Positions 12,494-27,867 are shown, counted from the first letter of the stretch. The stretch: DNA of 64,000 nt from Eledone cirrhosa (GCA_964016885.1 OZ024740.1:425692001-425756000), one strand, 5' to 3'. Translations and numbers: made by a program. Notes: generated by a model from the sequence alone, not told the origin.

Positions 12494-12770
12494 ATATCAC
12501 ATAAGAAACGGAGAATCAGTGTTGCGACGAATAACATTTATTAGACATATTACAATCGTTTCTCTGGCGACCAGCTCGAGGCACGATCGATGTAATGATC
12601 GAACCTGACTCTGAAATCGCAAGGTCCACAGATATGTCTCGATTCTACGAAGCAGAGTTTCCAACAGAGTCAGGTTCGATCATCACATCGATCATGCCTC
12701 GAGTTGGTCGCCAGAAAAAACGATAAATTTTATTCGTCGCAACACTGATTCTCCGTTTCTTATGTGATAT
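12494..12770. repeat. (TA)n-flanked inverted repeat, about 100-120-bp arms, related to the HHR element at 54980
   Basis: Arms 12494-12612 and 12665-12770; share cagagtc..gatcg..cct.gag.tg.tc with 55000-55045. Confidence 0.85.
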
Positions 12771-13305
12771 GTATATATATATATTTTCTTCAATTAGTTA
12801 CTATATGTAAACCTTTTAATAGGTAGTAAAACCTCCGCTTCTAATCAATTTTCTTTTGTGTGTGGTGGAGATAGGGGTGGGGGGACATGCACGGCAAAAT
12901 CCCTTTAAGATGGTTCAGCATACCCGATTTTCTAAGATATTATATATGGCAACCAACTGCGTCTACAATTATTTCTTTACGTTAGAGATTTTCTACATTT
13001 TCAAAAAATTTCAATTCACAAGACACTCTGATGACTTGTTTACAAATGAATAACAAAATTATGTCTTATCACGTGGTCATGTTAAACCAATCAAATTGTA
13101 CTTTACAAAGAGAGCAATCTCAGTCATTTTTTTGTATAATAACGACAGAATTTCCCGACCCCTATCAAATGTGGGATACATCATGGCATAAACACACATC
13201 TTTCTATCTTACTGAACTTTTGAAAATCCTGAAGCTGTGAAAGCGGTAAAGTCCTTGTAAATAAATCTTCTTTAAGACACCAATTGCATTTTCAACTGCG
13301 ATTTC

Positions 13306-13474
<169 letters not shown>

Positions 13475-13524
13475 CGCGCGTGTGTGTGTGTGCGCGTGTG
13501 TGTGCGCGTGTGTGTGTGTGTGTA

Positions 13525-13797
13525 TAATTCGTTTTTGAATTTGTTTTGCGAAATTTCTTATCTCAAAACGTGTGTTGAAACAGATATTGTTATATTTTTG
13601 GGAGGGTCATGTAGCCAATGAAAACACACGCACCTGTCGGTTTACACTTCAACTTATTATACATTTCTGGGTGGCTGGTTGGTTGGTTCGATAACCGGAA
13701 GGTTGCTTATATATTGTCAAGAGCTTTGTCAGTATATAAACAACCTTCCGGTTATCCAACCAACCAACCGGAAATTTATAATAAATTGAAAGTATTG
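13525..13797 (-). mobile_element. Non-coding microsatellite-embedded element family Z (also 55285-55600, 57492-57662) with inverted arm
   Basis: Shared aaacgtgtgttgaaac.gatattgttata..ttgggagggtcatg; right arm 13730-13795 inverted. Confidence 0.8.
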
Positions 13798-13798
13798 T

Positions 13799-13835
<37 letters not shown>

Positions 13836-13838
<3 letters not shown>

Positions 13839-14040
13839 GTAATAATAAATGGGAAGACTAAAATCCAAAGGGGCTCGGTAAGGATAAATATATATCAAAT
13901 ATATAAGAACCCTAGAGCAAATATTTATTAAAATAACAGATTAAATTTTAAGCAAAGAATCGCTGGTTTCACGCTTAACGGGATCTTCAGATGGGTGAAA
14001 GCACCGATTCTTTGCTGAAACTTTAATCTGTTATTTTACT
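13836..14040 (-). mobile_element. Non-coding element family X (also 23048-23204, 28944-29185, 52188-52300), often palindromic
   Basis: Shared tagtaataataataaat..gaagactaaaatccaaag..gctcg.taagga..gcaaagaatcgctg.tttcac; degenerate HHR core CUGAAGA-UCCC..GAAA on minus near 13975-13990. Confidence 0.8.
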
Positions 14041-15148
14041 AAAAGCATAGCAAGACGTTAGAAATATTTGATATTTCAGTCTTGGTTAAAATATAACTGA
14101 CAAGAAATAGATGGCCAGTCTGGTTTTGTGGAGTTTTGACTACTATTACTATCAAATCGATCGGCTGCATAGAAACTCCTTCGGGTTTTATGAACTATAT
14201 ATTGGTCATGATAACAGTTTACAGCCCTCAGACACTAGTCGGATATTCATTTGATATCACTATATCCCATGGTTAATGATGCATGTTAGTTTTTAGTAAA
14301 CGTTTTGTGTTTGTTGGTATAGTTACATATTCGGTTTTATTGTTTCGTTTTATACTTTTATAGCATCCCACCCTTCGCAGAACTACATCTTATAATGAAG
14401 AATGAAACAGTCCAGTTTTCTTCCATTTCCTCATCCTTCTTCACCTACGCCACTTCCCTAATGTATTGGAAAATTATTTTCTGGCATATTTCATACAAAA
14501 TATTAAGGGCGGTGTACTAAATTCTGTACAAAATAATTTCTTAATTTATTAAATTTTCCCTCGTGGACAGAGAATGAAAACTAGTGGTAAATGCTTGCAA
14601 ATTTAAATGGAGAAAAGAGATGACTTTTAGAAATTACACGCAAATTCATGGTTGGATTAACATGCCAAGAAAAAATACCAATTTGATCTTTGTTTGGCTG
14701 GCGTGTGACAGCTATGAACGCCTGTTTTGGCCTTGATTTTGCCTCATCAGCATTGAAATGTTCTAAGTTGGCTCATATCAGTTTCAGACAATTTAACATA
14801 TAGAAGAACAGTTTAATTCATTCTTGGCCAAATAGAAGGAACCAAGAGTAAATAACTGAAAGCGGCAAGTGGCATGAATTTAGATAATAGTGTCAAAGAG
14901 GGTTGTACTTAATGCCGTATATGATAAACTCTTAATTCATAAACATTTCCGTCACGGAAACTGACGGAAAAGAATACAGACACAACTCTACTCGGGTTTC
15001 AATAATTTCTTTTTCCGCTTTTATTTCCTGCATTTCTTTATCTTCTTTATTCTCCTACAGCATTCAGAAGAAGGGCGTAACCCGAACCGACATGTATTCA
15101 CTTTTTTCCACTTCTCTTGGGTGTTCAATCAATATTCTCAATATGTAC

Positions 15149-15283
<135 letters not shown>

Positions 15284-15307
15284 GAGAGAGAGTGAAGAGA
15301 TGTGTGT

Positions 15308-15665
15308 ATATATATATATACAAATATGTTACACAAAGAACTGTGTTACACAGGGAGATGTGTGTAAAGAATTATTACAAGTGAGTTTTACCGTTACTGT
15401 ATATAGAACAATATCTACAGGTTTAGCAATTAAATAGAAAAAAACTAAGTCAGAATCAAATCTCTGAATTACCAACCATATAACTAAGTATAGTTATATG
15501 GTTGGTAATTCAGAGATTTGATTCTGACTTAGTTTTTTTTCTATTTAATTGCTAAACCTGTAGATATTGTTCTATATACAGTAACGGTAAAACTCACTTG
15601 TAATAATTCTTTACACACATCTCCCTGTGTAACACACTTCTTTGTGTAACATATTTGTATATATA
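15308..15665. repeat. Near-perfect palindrome, about 175-bp arms, almost no spacer, in microsatellite
   Basis: Centre ccatataacta-agta-tagttatatgg near 15488. Confidence 0.92.
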
Positions 15666-15717
15666 TATATGTATATATGTATAAATATATATATATGTGT
15701 GTGTGGAGTGTGTGAGT

Positions 15718-15791
<74 letters not shown>

Positions 15792-15803
15792 CTCTACTTC
15801 TCG

Positions 15804-15879
<76 letters not shown>

Positions 15880-15884
15880 TATAT

Positions 15885-15919
<35 letters not shown>

Positions 15920-16694
15920 ATGATAGGGTCTTTATTTGTTTGCACACCAATTAGACAACATACACAGACATATATGTAGACACACACACATACATACATA
16001 CACACACATATATATGTGTTTGTGTGTGTGTGTGTCTATAGATATGTTGTTTGCGTGTATGTGTGTTGTGTAATAGGGGTACAAACAAAAATAAAGAGAC
16101 CACTTTACCTGTGAACGTCAAATGTTTGTATTAACAAATTAACTTAGAATCTCTGTTATAGTTTTACAGACGCAAATGTTTGTGTCTTGTACATATACAC
16201 GGAAAGAGAGAAACAATAATTGATGAAGTGACCCCCAGCATCTGAATAAGATTGGCTATCATAGATCATATGTAAAATCTCGTGCCTCTGAGCTGCTTCG
16301 TGTCAGGTAATGGAAGAAAAAGTGAGACGAATGCTAATTGTTGTGATAGTTACTGAATAGAGGGGAACCCTTGCACAATAGACATCAGTAGACGACCTTG
16401 CTCTCCTTGGTTATCCAAGTGATATTGAAGATCTTTATACAAATTACATTAAAAATTAAGGAATAATTTCAAAACCTAATTATATAAAATATATACTAGG
16501 CAGCTCCATTGATGACAGATGTACTAATGGCTTATAGAAAGCTGTTGTATTATGTAGTGTGTGTCATAAAGGTAGAAATGGCAGTCATGGGCTCCAATTC
16601 TTACATTGTCAGCGTATTTTAATTAAATGATAGACTGATAGAATCATTTCAGAACACATAGGTATAATCAATGGAATCAAATTGTTGACATTAA

Positions 16695-16915
16695 CCCTTT
16701 AGCATTCACATTACTCTAAATATACTATTGTATTTCTCAGTAAAGGATTTATCTCACATAATTATCTCACATAATATTGAATGTATGATATTTTGATGAT
16801 ATTTAGTTTGAGAACAATAACCGTAACATCAGTATGTGTAGCTAGTTACGGCCAGTTTGAACAGAAAGAGGTGAGAGAATTCTGGCCGGATATGGCCGGT
16901 TTAAATGCTAAAGGG
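16695..16915. mobile_element. piggyBac-type MITE
   Basis: TTAA-ccctttagcatt ... aatgctaaaggg-TTAA. Confidence 0.85.
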
Positions 16916-18200
16916 TTAAGGGATGCTTATCATGATGATGTATCTTGTAAGATATATGTAGGATCTTCAAACTATTGAAACCAGTCTCTAGGAAAGTCAC
17001 AAGGTTTTTATCTTCAAGTCCAGGTATTCGTGAATATGCAAAGGATTGCATATGTGCATATACGAAGGTGTATATGCAGACATATTTGACATAATGTAAT
17101 GGTGTACATGCTTCTTTTGTAACCATGTGTGGGGTATTACTTTTTATGAATACCTGTGTGTACCGCTAACTGGTAAACACTACTAATGTAAACATTCATA
17201 TTTTGTCTCCGGTGGAAAGATAACTCGCTAGATAGAGCTAGAAAGGGAAAATATACACGGTAGCTCAACCTGTAGATATCATCAGCCAAATGTCCTTCAA
17301 ATCCAATTCTTACATTTTAATCAGGTAGAATATGTTAGACAATATCCCACATCAGTGATGGCGAACCTATGACACCTGTGCCAGATACAAGTGGCAGACT
17401 TTTAAAAATTATACTTACAATACAAAGCATTAAAATACTATCTATTAGGATATATTTAAAGATTTAATAACAGGACTATTGAAGAAATTATAAATGTTGA
17501 AACGCCGGGCATGGAATGAAAATCTTGGATGATTAAGACCGGAAGATCTTTGACCATATATCTGTATTATCGGTCAAGGCTAAACTGATTTAAAACACCC
17601 ACAACAGCATATTAATTGCTGTTCGTCTTCTCTTACTCCCAACCAAGCCCTGTAAAATGTTCTGGGTGCTAAACTACCTCTAAACTATAAATAACAAAGA
17701 ATACAAAACATTAAGAAACATAGACATGACTTTCTCTATTTTCGTTTTAGTTTTTAAGCCTCCATTATATATTATTAATTCTTACTATCTATTTCTTATA
17801 TTTAAATCTTTCTTTCTAATTCTTACTATCTATTTCTTATATTTAAACCTTTCTTTCGCCATTTATTATTATTTTTACTTTAATTTCAAATTTACTATGA
17901 CTTTATTTTCATTTTATTTATTTCATATATTTTTTTTGTTTCCATTCTCATTCTCTCGTCGACATTTCTAAACAAGAATTTTGTTAGATAAGATTGTTGA
18001 ACTTTTTGTATTCTGTTAGGCTGAGTAAACATTACATCAACGACATATTAAGTCCTCCCACACCACTTCATTTTCTGAATTCTCTTCTTGCAACGAAATA
18101 AAAAAAAAATGAAAATGGGGAAAAAAAACGTATGACAGACAGAAAGAACAGGAAGGAAAAAACAAAAGGTAAAGGTAGAAATGGATACCGAGTAGTAGTA

Positions 18201-18300
<100 letters not shown>

Positions 18301-20199
18301 ATACACGTACATATATATATGTGTGTTCATGTGTATGAATGAATGCTGATATATATATACAGACATATATATATCAGCATTCATTCATACACACACGCAT
18401 ACACATGTATATATATATACATATATATATATACATATATATATACATATATACATGCATTCATGTATGTATACTTGTAACAGAAAGACATTACGAAGGG
18501 AAAGAGAGAAAGAGAGAGTGTGAGAAGCAAAGAAAGAAAGTTAGATAAAGAAAATATTGTAAGAGAAAGAAATGTAGAAAATAGGAAAAGAAAGAAAAAA
18601 GAAAGAAAACGAGATAAGAAAATCGTAAACAAATAAAGAAAGAAAGAAGAAAAGAAAGGCTATGATGAAAAAGAAACTAAAATACAAATACTAATAATAC
18701 AATAATATAAATAAGAAAAAAAACAGTCAGAAAGATTGGCAGAAGGAATGACAGAAAAGAGCAAAGGTCTAAAGAAAAAAATGTGTAAAAATAAGAAAGT
18801 TTGGGTGGGGGTGATGGGTGAAGAGAATCTTGAGAAATGCAAAATACAAATGTTTCTGAAACAAATACTTAAGATGGGGGGAAAAACTGACACAGAACAG
18901 AGGAACACTGAATAAATAAAATAAAATAAAATAAAAACAAATAATAATAAAAATGATAATAATATACATGAAATAAATAGCTTTATTCTTCTCCCTCCAA
19001 GCCTTGAATTTAATGGCCCTGGGATAGCTTAACTGATCCAGCTGGTCGTTAGTGTCAATAGTGACTAGCTCCGCCTACCTGTCGGTTCACTACACTCTTA
19101 TTTATTATAGTGTTACTATCTCGTTTTTTTTTTTTAACTTAGACCTCTCCCTCCTCTCTTTTCTTTCTTCCCTACTTCAGAAACCCTATTCAACGAAAGG
19201 AGGTGGGAGACCAAGATCTGCCAGTAACTGTCTCGGTATTACTTTCACTGATACTACTATTTAACGGCACCCACCCTTCTTTATTTATTCTTGATTTTTA
19301 CCCGCTAGGCGTCGTCGAATTATTTCTGCCCAAATGACTGACTGACTGACCCAGGAAATGGCCGCCATTTTGGATGATTGCTCACTCTTTTGAAAGTATT
19401 TATTTTAGTGTGTAGTAAAGTCAGTCCCACGGGTTCTGTGAACGCCTCCCACAAGCTTAAACGATGTCAAAGAGTTAAGGATTTGGGGATAGCAAGCAAC
19501 ATAAACGGGTATTAATGATGGGAGTGGATGGAACAAATGCAATAGTGAAGAAAAGTTTAATGAGGTGGACTAAAGTTAGTTTAGTCCAAATGAGGTGACT
19601 GGAGGCGAATGAATTTTTAACAATTCAGGTTTAAATACTGGAAAATTGTCTACGGAAGATGACGTAGATTTTAATTTGACAGCGTGCTTTTTCTAAATGT
19701 GGCCTATTCACTAATATATACGATATCGCTTGCGGGTTGGCAATAGAAAAGTATGTGTTGTTTACATAATATAAAATTATGAGGTCACCACAACGTGGCC
19801 GTACAAACTGCTAAAATAATAGCGTAGTTTCTCTGAAATCACATGTATGAAAAAACTGAAATCACCGAAAAAAATGACGAAATGTCAATGGCCTTTGATC
19901 ATAGATCTTCTTAATCTTAGCTGGCCTAGGGTTAAACAACAAAAATGCATAAAGCGAATGTTATTTGTCATTTTGCCATTAATATATTGCAAGTAAATAT
20001 TAGGACATCCTCAACAAATCTTCAGCATTAAAATGGTTCACGTGACCCTAGTTAATTCCTTACTTTATAAATATCTTTATTTCTATATTTCAATAATCAT
20101 ATACCGTTTCATAAAATTGCTTTATTATGATAAAAGAAACAAGATAATAAAATATTAGGGTTGTACAAAACATAAACTGGTGTCAATGTATTAGAAATG

Positions 20200-20400
20200 A
20201 AAGTTGATAGAGAAACTTGTCCAAGATAACAACTACAATTACTCGAAGTCTGTTACAATTTTCAGGTCATTGCTGGAGAAGTAAGGATGAAGTTATACAC
20301 AAGTTACTATTGAGGGGACCACGTCACAGGAGACGAAGACCTGTTCGAACCTTTATCAGCCTACACTCAGAAGATACAAACCTAGAGAGACTTTGACAGG
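20200..20400 (+). pseudogene. RTE-clade LINE ORF C-terminal remnant
   Basis: NLSKITTTITRSLLQFSGHCWRSKDEVIHKLLLRGPRHRRRRPVRTFI fits the RTE GH..R..GRP pattern. Confidence 0.7.
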
Positions 20401-20575
20401 AATATTCGACTGTAGTTGTACTGATGGTGATTAGGATAAAACCCCTGATTTCATTGCACAGTTAAGGTTGTTTAAAACGTAACAATCGAAATTGTTTATT
20501 TAAGTTAACGATGGTTGTTCAAAGTGTATCACTTTAAAACATGTATAAAGATAAATAGGAAGTGTGATAATACAG

Positions 20576-20765
20576 ATAATAATTGTTTCTACTTTAGGCA
20601 CAAGGCCAGCAATTACCAGTGCATTACTGGTGGTACTTTATTTTATCGACCCCGTAAGGATGAAAGGCAAAGTTAACCTCGGCGGGATTTGAACTCAGAT
20701 CGTAAAGGGACGTAACTATGCTGGAAACATGGCGTCCGACCCTCTACCGATACTGCCAATCCACC
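20576..20765 (-). mobile_element. tRNA-derived SINE, same family as 7486
   Basis: Full head, core and tail. Confidence 0.88.
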
Positions 20766-22279
20766 ATATTCAGGAATGTAAATATGTGAATAATTATATT
20801 TTCATGATTTAATCGAGGTGGGGATAGGGGTGTTTGCACTCATGACCTTCACGCCAACCCATCCCCAATCGACAACTGCGAGGGGTAAAAACACGGCTAT
20901 TTAGTTATTTCAGAGAATGGAGGTTCTGGAAGTAAAGATTGAATAAATGTGGTTACTTTTAGACAGGGTCCAGTATAGATGACAGGTGGAGGAAGGATGA
21001 TTATTTACTTGGTCTTGAATGGAGGTGGTATGTAACCAAATAGCTTAAGGAAAGAATGGGCATTGTATTAGCAATATGAGAAAACAGCGTGACTGTGGCT
21101 TATAGATTCAAGTACAATGGTGGTTAACTCCATGTCAATAAATTAAGTGGATTAGAAAAGTCAGTTGTCACCTTTCATTTGCAGTATTTTTTTGTTTCGA
21201 GAGAAAGAAATTTTATTTGTTATCAGAAAACTTTTGGCACTTCGCGCTATTCTCGAGGTCTATGGTAACAGAAATGAATTAGAGTACATATTAGCTGAAT
21301 ATTCTACCAAAAGCTGTAGTAATACACAGCAAATATGTTCATGGAGGAAAGTCATGGTTGTCAGCACACTGTATTATAACATATAACCCTTCCTATAGGC
21401 ATTGTGGCTAGTTAAAGATAAACAAAACACAACAAACAACATTCTAAAACAAGAAACATATTTTATCAACCATCACAGCCAACGTTGCCAAGTCAGGAAA
21501 ATAGATTTTTATATTAGGTAAAAATGATAATATAAGAGGAAGTTACATCCCTAGACATTATAAAACCTCGACTGACAACTCGAAATAACAATTCTGTCAT
21601 ATTAGATCTGACATGGTCTGGCTTTACAGCCTTGAAATCTATCATTATATTTAGTAGATAATGAAGTTAACAAGGGAAAGGAGCGCATGAATAAGATTAA
21701 ATAAAAAAAATAACAAAATATATAAATAAACGAAAAATAAACAAAAAGAGTATATTCGGTCATCAAGTACAAAACGACTCCCAATATAATTCATATGAAT
21801 TTTGAAGATGGTTATGATTACAATCTTGATTATGAATACAATGATGATATTGCTGATGATGATAACGATAACAACAACGAGGATAATGATGAGGATGATG
21901 ATGATGATAATAATAACTGATGACAATGATTGACTTATAAAGCTCCCTAGCTGGTAGCTCATTTCATGATATATTTAATACATATTGAAATTAACTACCG
22001 ACATTAATAGCATGCAAATAAATACCTCCATTTCATGGTTAAGACTACACTTGGTAGGATTTATATATAAGGAGGCTATTAGTATCATATTCCTCCGTGG
22101 TTGATCAATGAGGTAGACACCTTCTGATGAGGCTACAGTGGGCTGGAACACTGACAATGCATATTCGTAATTTTTCTATATATATCTATATATCTATGCC
22201 AATACGGAGCCACTACGACTTCATCAGGTGTTATGGGATGAAACAAATCCAAAAATACTTATGTATATTTATACGCACA

Positions 22280-22440
22280 TTTAGCGACGAATTGGTAGAG
22301 TGGTTAGAACGTCGGATAGAATGCTTTGTGGTATTCATTCCAGCTCTCTGCTGTCTGGTTCAAATGCCGCCGAGGTCAACTTTACCTTTCATCCTTGTGA
22401 GGTCGATAAAAAAGTACCAGTTTAGTACTGGGGTCGATTC
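22280..22440 (+). mobile_element. Diverged SINE of the same superfamily
   Basis: ggttcaaatgccgccgaggtcaactttacctttcatcc..ggtcgataaaaagtaccag. Confidence 0.7.
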
Positions 22441-23220
22441 TCCCTCTATATCTCCGTCTCATTTCCTCTCTCTCACTGTCTGTCTTTCTCTGGAACAAAC
22501 CTGCTGTACTCACGTCTGGTAGGAGATGGCTCCGCTAGGCTTAAAAATACCCAAGAAACGCCGTCCCTACGACTCGTTCAGGGGTTACGAGACCATACAT
22601 ACATACAATAGTTTTCTAGATCCCTGGTGCACAACCAACATGATGACAACAGCAATATTCTTGGATCGCGGCATTGTAGAGCTAAGAATGTACAATCCGA
22701 AGGAAATTGGATAGGATGCACACATTCTATTCGGTTGATAGTTTCGCAAACTGAAATATGATTCGGAAAAGGCGCCTAGCACAGAAACTGGCCTAAAATT
22801 CTCTCCAATCAAAGCATAAAACGCCGACAACTCATGTCAATAATGCAAATTCATTCATTAATTTATTTCCAGTAAATCAGGTCAACATACACACACACAT
22901 TCACACACACACACACACACAAACACACATACGCACACAAATATATATATATATATATAAAACCGAAGCGTGCTGAGGTTGACAGTATTCGAACACGTGA
23001 CCACTACGCTACCCAATGATCCACAAGGGACTATATATATATATATATAGTAATAATAATAAATGTGAAGACTAAAATCCAAAGAGGGCTCGATAAGGAT
23101 GAATATATATGAAATATATAAGAACGCTAGATCAAATATTTATTAAATTAACAGATTAAAGTTTAAGCAAAGAATCGCTGCTTTCACTTTTAACGGGATC
23201 TTCTGATCTATCTATCTACC

Positions 23221-23889
23221 AGTTCAAGACAAGGTCTACAGACATGGGCGCCCGGGCAGGGACCTTTCGAAAAAGATCTGTCCCAGTTGCGTGCGAGACG
23301 AAGAAACCGTCGCGCACGCATTAATACACTGCCCGGGCGTTACCGACCTGTGGGGCTATGTAGAACGACTATTGTCGTGGGGTGGGACCAATCCGGTTGA
23401 CCACCGAGTCCATTGTCATGATCAAACCACCACCTCCTTCAAAAACGAAGGAGATGCGGTTTTCCTTTGTGTGATAGCTATGGCGAAAGAGGTTGTATGG
23501 CGGACAAGGTTGAAAGGGCTGAGGTCAGACACCTTTCTCTCCGGCCAACAACTAATTCTTTTTTTCAAATACCAGGTTAGAAGAAGAATCAGGATGGAGA
23601 GAGAGGTGCTGTACCCCAGCAAGTTTTATGAAAGGTGGGTGAAAGTGTTGAGAATGGCCCGAGTGAATGTGCCATCTCTCTATATCAGCCTGTAGGTTGA
23701 GGAAAAAGAGGAGAGGAAAGGGGTACAAACTCTTCGTACTCCTGGAGTTGAGGGTTTCACATTTTTTCGGGGGTATGTGTTACCTATATGTAATGTCTCC
23801 CCTATCGGGGAAAATCGTTAAAATTTTAAATTGTATTTGTGACAGTATTTTACACGTTTTTATTGTATGTAAACTTCCCCCTTTGTATT

Positions 23890-23890
<1 letters not shown>
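23221..23890 (+). mobile_element. 5'-truncated Tx1-like copy (zinc-finger end of ORF2 + 3'UTR)
   Basis: KICPSCVRDEETVAHALIHC; preceded by tctatctatcta. Confidence 0.88.
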
Positions 23891-23921
<31 letters not shown>

Positions 23922-24039
23922 AATATTTGTGCGCGTGTATGTGTGAATATAGATATAGATATATATACATACACACATATATGTACATATATATATATAT
24001 ATATATACACACACATATACACATATATATATATGTATG

Positions 24040-24081
<42 letters not shown>

Positions 24082-27000
24082 CCCGGGACGCAGAGAGGTA
24101 AGTGCCTTTCTCTTCACCACCAACATGACTATGCTAAGAGTAGGCTGTCTAAATGCGCGTGGCCTGGGCTCAACTTGGAAGCAAGAAATGCTTCTAAATG
24201 ACCTCAGGTCACAACGTATAGATGTAATGGTTATTTGTGAGGCCCGGATCAGCAACGTGCGACAGCTGGCCCCCCACCTTTGATGACTTTGAGATGCACG
24301 CATCTCTCTGTCAGCCCGGAGGTGGGGGTGGGGTTGTCGTTCTGCTGCAAAAACATCTGGGTCTCGCAACACAGACGGTACATTTGGACCCGGAGGGTAG
24401 ACTAGTATTTCTGGACCTTGGCAGTGATGAAGGCGGAGCGTTCAGGTTGGTAGCCGTCTACGGCCCTTTCGGGTCAATGCGGCCGGATTTCTTCCATCGT
24501 CTGGAGACTTTTCTAGGGACGTCTCGCTCCTTGCTATTAGTGGGGGACTGGAATGGTATCCTAGATGCACGTTGGGACTACGTAGGGGCCTGTCCCGATA
24601 GAGAGGGGTGTAATAGCCTCAAAGGGTTAATCGGTCGATTTGACCTGGCCGATAAATATCGACTAGATTTTCCGACTGCGCCAACCTGGACTTGGGCAAA
24701 CCGTAGCGGATCATCTAGGTCGTACCTAGATAGGTTCTTAGTTAGAAATAAGGATAAGGACTTTTTAAGTTGTCCAAAAATGTGCATGGTTGGCTATTCA
24801 GACCACAAATTAGTGACCTGCATGGTCAACCTTGACAGAACGCATAGACAGGGACCCGGTTACTGGAAGCTCAACTTGTCCTTACTGGTAAGTAAGGCTT
24901 ACAGGGACCGGATTAGCACTTTAGTTAAGGAGCGATTGACGGGCGCCATCGTCAACAGCAGGTGGTGGGGATCTCTCAAAAGAGAGATTAGAGTAGTCTC
25001 TATAGAATTTAGTAAGGAGTAAGCCTCAAATAGAAATAGGAAGGAAAGGAAGTTGATAGATAGTGTATAAGAAGCAATTAGAAGCGGCGACGTGGCCAGA
25101 GTGCTAGCGTCGAGAACGGCCCTTGGCCAATTCTCCGACGCGAAACACGAAGGCTGCATCGTCCGCAGCAAAATACGTGCTCTGGGAAACAAGGGGACCA
25201 AATCTGTTAGCTGGGCCCGCGTGACAGAAGCCAAAAGAGGGAGTAGATCCACTATCCGGTCTTTGCGAGACCAGGATGGACGGGTGATCCTTGAACCTAA
25301 GCAGATGTGCGGGGCTTTTCAAAAGGATTTTGCCAGATTGTTCGGAAGGGGCGGGGAGCCGGTTGGGGAAGTAGACTTCGGTCCATACCTCGACGGCCTG
25401 CCGCGTCTCTCGGACAGGGAGACAAAGTCCTGCGAGGAGCCGATTTCAGCCGCTGAGATAGAGGACGTGCTGAGCCAATGCGGCAAACACAAATCCCCGG
25501 GTCTGGATGGTCTTCCATACGAACTATATCTAGCTATGCCGGACTTGTTCCCCGATCTCCTCGAGGCGGTCTACTGCAACTGGCAACAGAACGGGAGAAT
25601 TCCCTGTGCTGTGATCAAGGGCGTAGTCACGCTAGTGAGGAAGGACGAGAACAAAGTGGACGATATAAATAATATCAGGCCCATAACTCTGCTAAATACA
25701 GAGTTACAGATTTTGGCCAAGATGCTACCGAAGAGGTTGGCGCTTGTCGTGGGCAACCTGGTGGGAGATGTGCAGACATGTGCTATCCCGTCCAGATCCA
25801 TCCACGACAACCTCCACCTCATGCGATACATCATAGAGAGGGTTGGATACGAACCCGGCTTTGGTGGGGCCCTGATCAACTTGGATCAATCTAAGGCGTT
25901 CGATAGGGTCGATCATGGTTACCTGGATGCGGTGCTAGCGGCGGCAGGCTTCGGACCCGTTTTCAGGGGCTGGATCAATGCCATGCACAGCAGCCGCATC
26001 TGCTCTAGGGTCAAGGTGAACGGATACCTCTCGGAGCAGTTCGAAATCGCGCGGTCCATCCGACAAGGGTGCCCTCTCTACTCCCTTCTGTATGTAATGA
26101 CTCTAGAGCCACTGCTGCAGAAGTTGGACTTGTTGCAGCGCATCCCGTTGGAACCGGGATTGCGGAAAGCGGTGTCGGTCTACGCCGATGACGTAACAGT
26201 AATGGTGTCGACGGCCTCGGAAATCGGGGCGATCGGCACCTTACTGGAGGAGTACGAAAGGTTTACAGGGGCTAAGCTGAACCGTGACAAGTCGATCGGT
26301 CTGCAACTCGGCACGTGGAGGGGCAGATCGATGCCCTCGGATGGCGTCGTCTGGCGCTGGACCGAGGGCCCGGTGAAGTTGCTTGGTGTCTGGTTCCAGG
26401 TGGAGAAGAACTGGGGTGAGGTAACGAACAGGGAGTTTGCACTGACCCAGAAGTGGGCCGAGTGCAAACTGTCCCTGAAAGGTCGGGCTGAGGTGGCGAA
26501 CACTTATATAGCGTCCGTCATCTACTACCGCCTGAACGTTGTGCCTTGTCCAAGGGAAACCCTCGCCAAAATGGAGCGCGCACTCTTCCAATTCCTTTGG
26601 AAGAAGCGGGCTCCTATGGTGAGGAGATCCATCTGCTGTCAACACCCTTCGAAAGGAGGGCTGGAGATGCCGTGGCTAATGATACGTAAACACGCATTAA
26701 GGCTACAGCACCTCCAGGTATTCCTTACCGGTCAACCGGTGTGGGCCCCGTTTGTGAGGCGAGCCTTTCCCAGACTCGTCTCGCTCACCGAGCTGCAATC
26801 CTGGGTCAAGCAAAGACCGAGAGAACTGGGCGCCTGGCACACCGAGTGTGCCCAGGCGCTCACGGGTCTCTGGCAGGCTGACCCGGCTGTCAGTGGAGAA
26901 TCCACCTCGTCATTCTATAGAGGGCTGGTGGTTAGCAGGTGCGACGACGCCCTCGGAGAAGCCCTAGGAATGGAGGAAGACGAACTGGCCAACCTGTTCG

Positions 27001-27815
27001 GTAGGACATTCAGCCCGGGACCCATGGATAACTTCCAGAGTCCCTGGCCTGGCAGTGCTACCGAGGGGCTCTGTCCGTTCGAGAAAGGCTCTACATACAC
27101 GGGCGCCCGGGTAGGGACACCTCGAAAAAGATCTGTCCCAGATGCGTGTGCGACGAGGAAACCGTTGCACACGCATTGGTACACTGCTCGGGCATTGCCG
27201 ATCTGTGGGGCTATGTCGAACAACTGCTGTCAAGGGTGGGACCGATCCGGTTGACCACCGAGTCTATTGTAACGATCAAACCGCCTCCCCTCTTCAAAAA
27301 CGAAGGAGAGGCGGTGTTTCTGTGCGTAATAGCCATGGCGAAAGAGGTTGTATGTTGGACGCGTCTGAAATGACTGAGGTCAGACACCTTTCTCTCTGGC
27401 CAACAACTGGTCCGTTTCTTCCGATATCATTTCGGAAGAAGGATCAGGATGGAGAGAGAGGTGCTGCACCCCAGCCGCTTTTATGAAAGATGGGTGAAAG
27501 TGGCGAGAATGGCCCGTGTAAATAGGCCTTCACTCTACATCAAACTATAGGTGAGGAAGATGAAAAATCAATGGAGCACCCCATATCTGTGCTCCTGAGG
27601 AGAAGTATTGCACACTTTTTTTCGGGGGTCTGTGCGACCCCCCAAGGCGCCTCCTCCCTATTGAGGATATTGTTATTAAATTTATTTTTGTTATATTTTA
27701 TTTGATTTTTATATCTTGCTATTGCCTCCTCCTTATTGAGGACGCCTTTTTGTGTAAACTCCCCCCATTGTACTTGTCCCAATTTTTGATGCCCTGGTGG
27801 CAAATAAAAAGAAAT
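24082..27815 (+). mobile_element. Tx1/L1-clade element with whole but disrupted ORF2 (APE endonuclease, RT, CCHC); ORF1 absent
   Basis: ATG 24125, LNARG, GDWN, SYLDRF, SDH, KSPGLDG, RQGCPL, YADD, ETVAHAL.HC; stops at 25020, 25068 and 27371 plus frameshifts; (TATC)n both sides. Confidence 0.93.
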
Positions 27816-27867
27816 TTATCTATCTATATATCTATCTATATATCTATATATATATGTATATATATTT

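Noticed and set aside
17270-17290. Isolated CUGAUGA/CUGACGA (also 22123, 31277, 60935)
   Set aside because: No matching GAAA plus stems; two lie in SINE-like remnants
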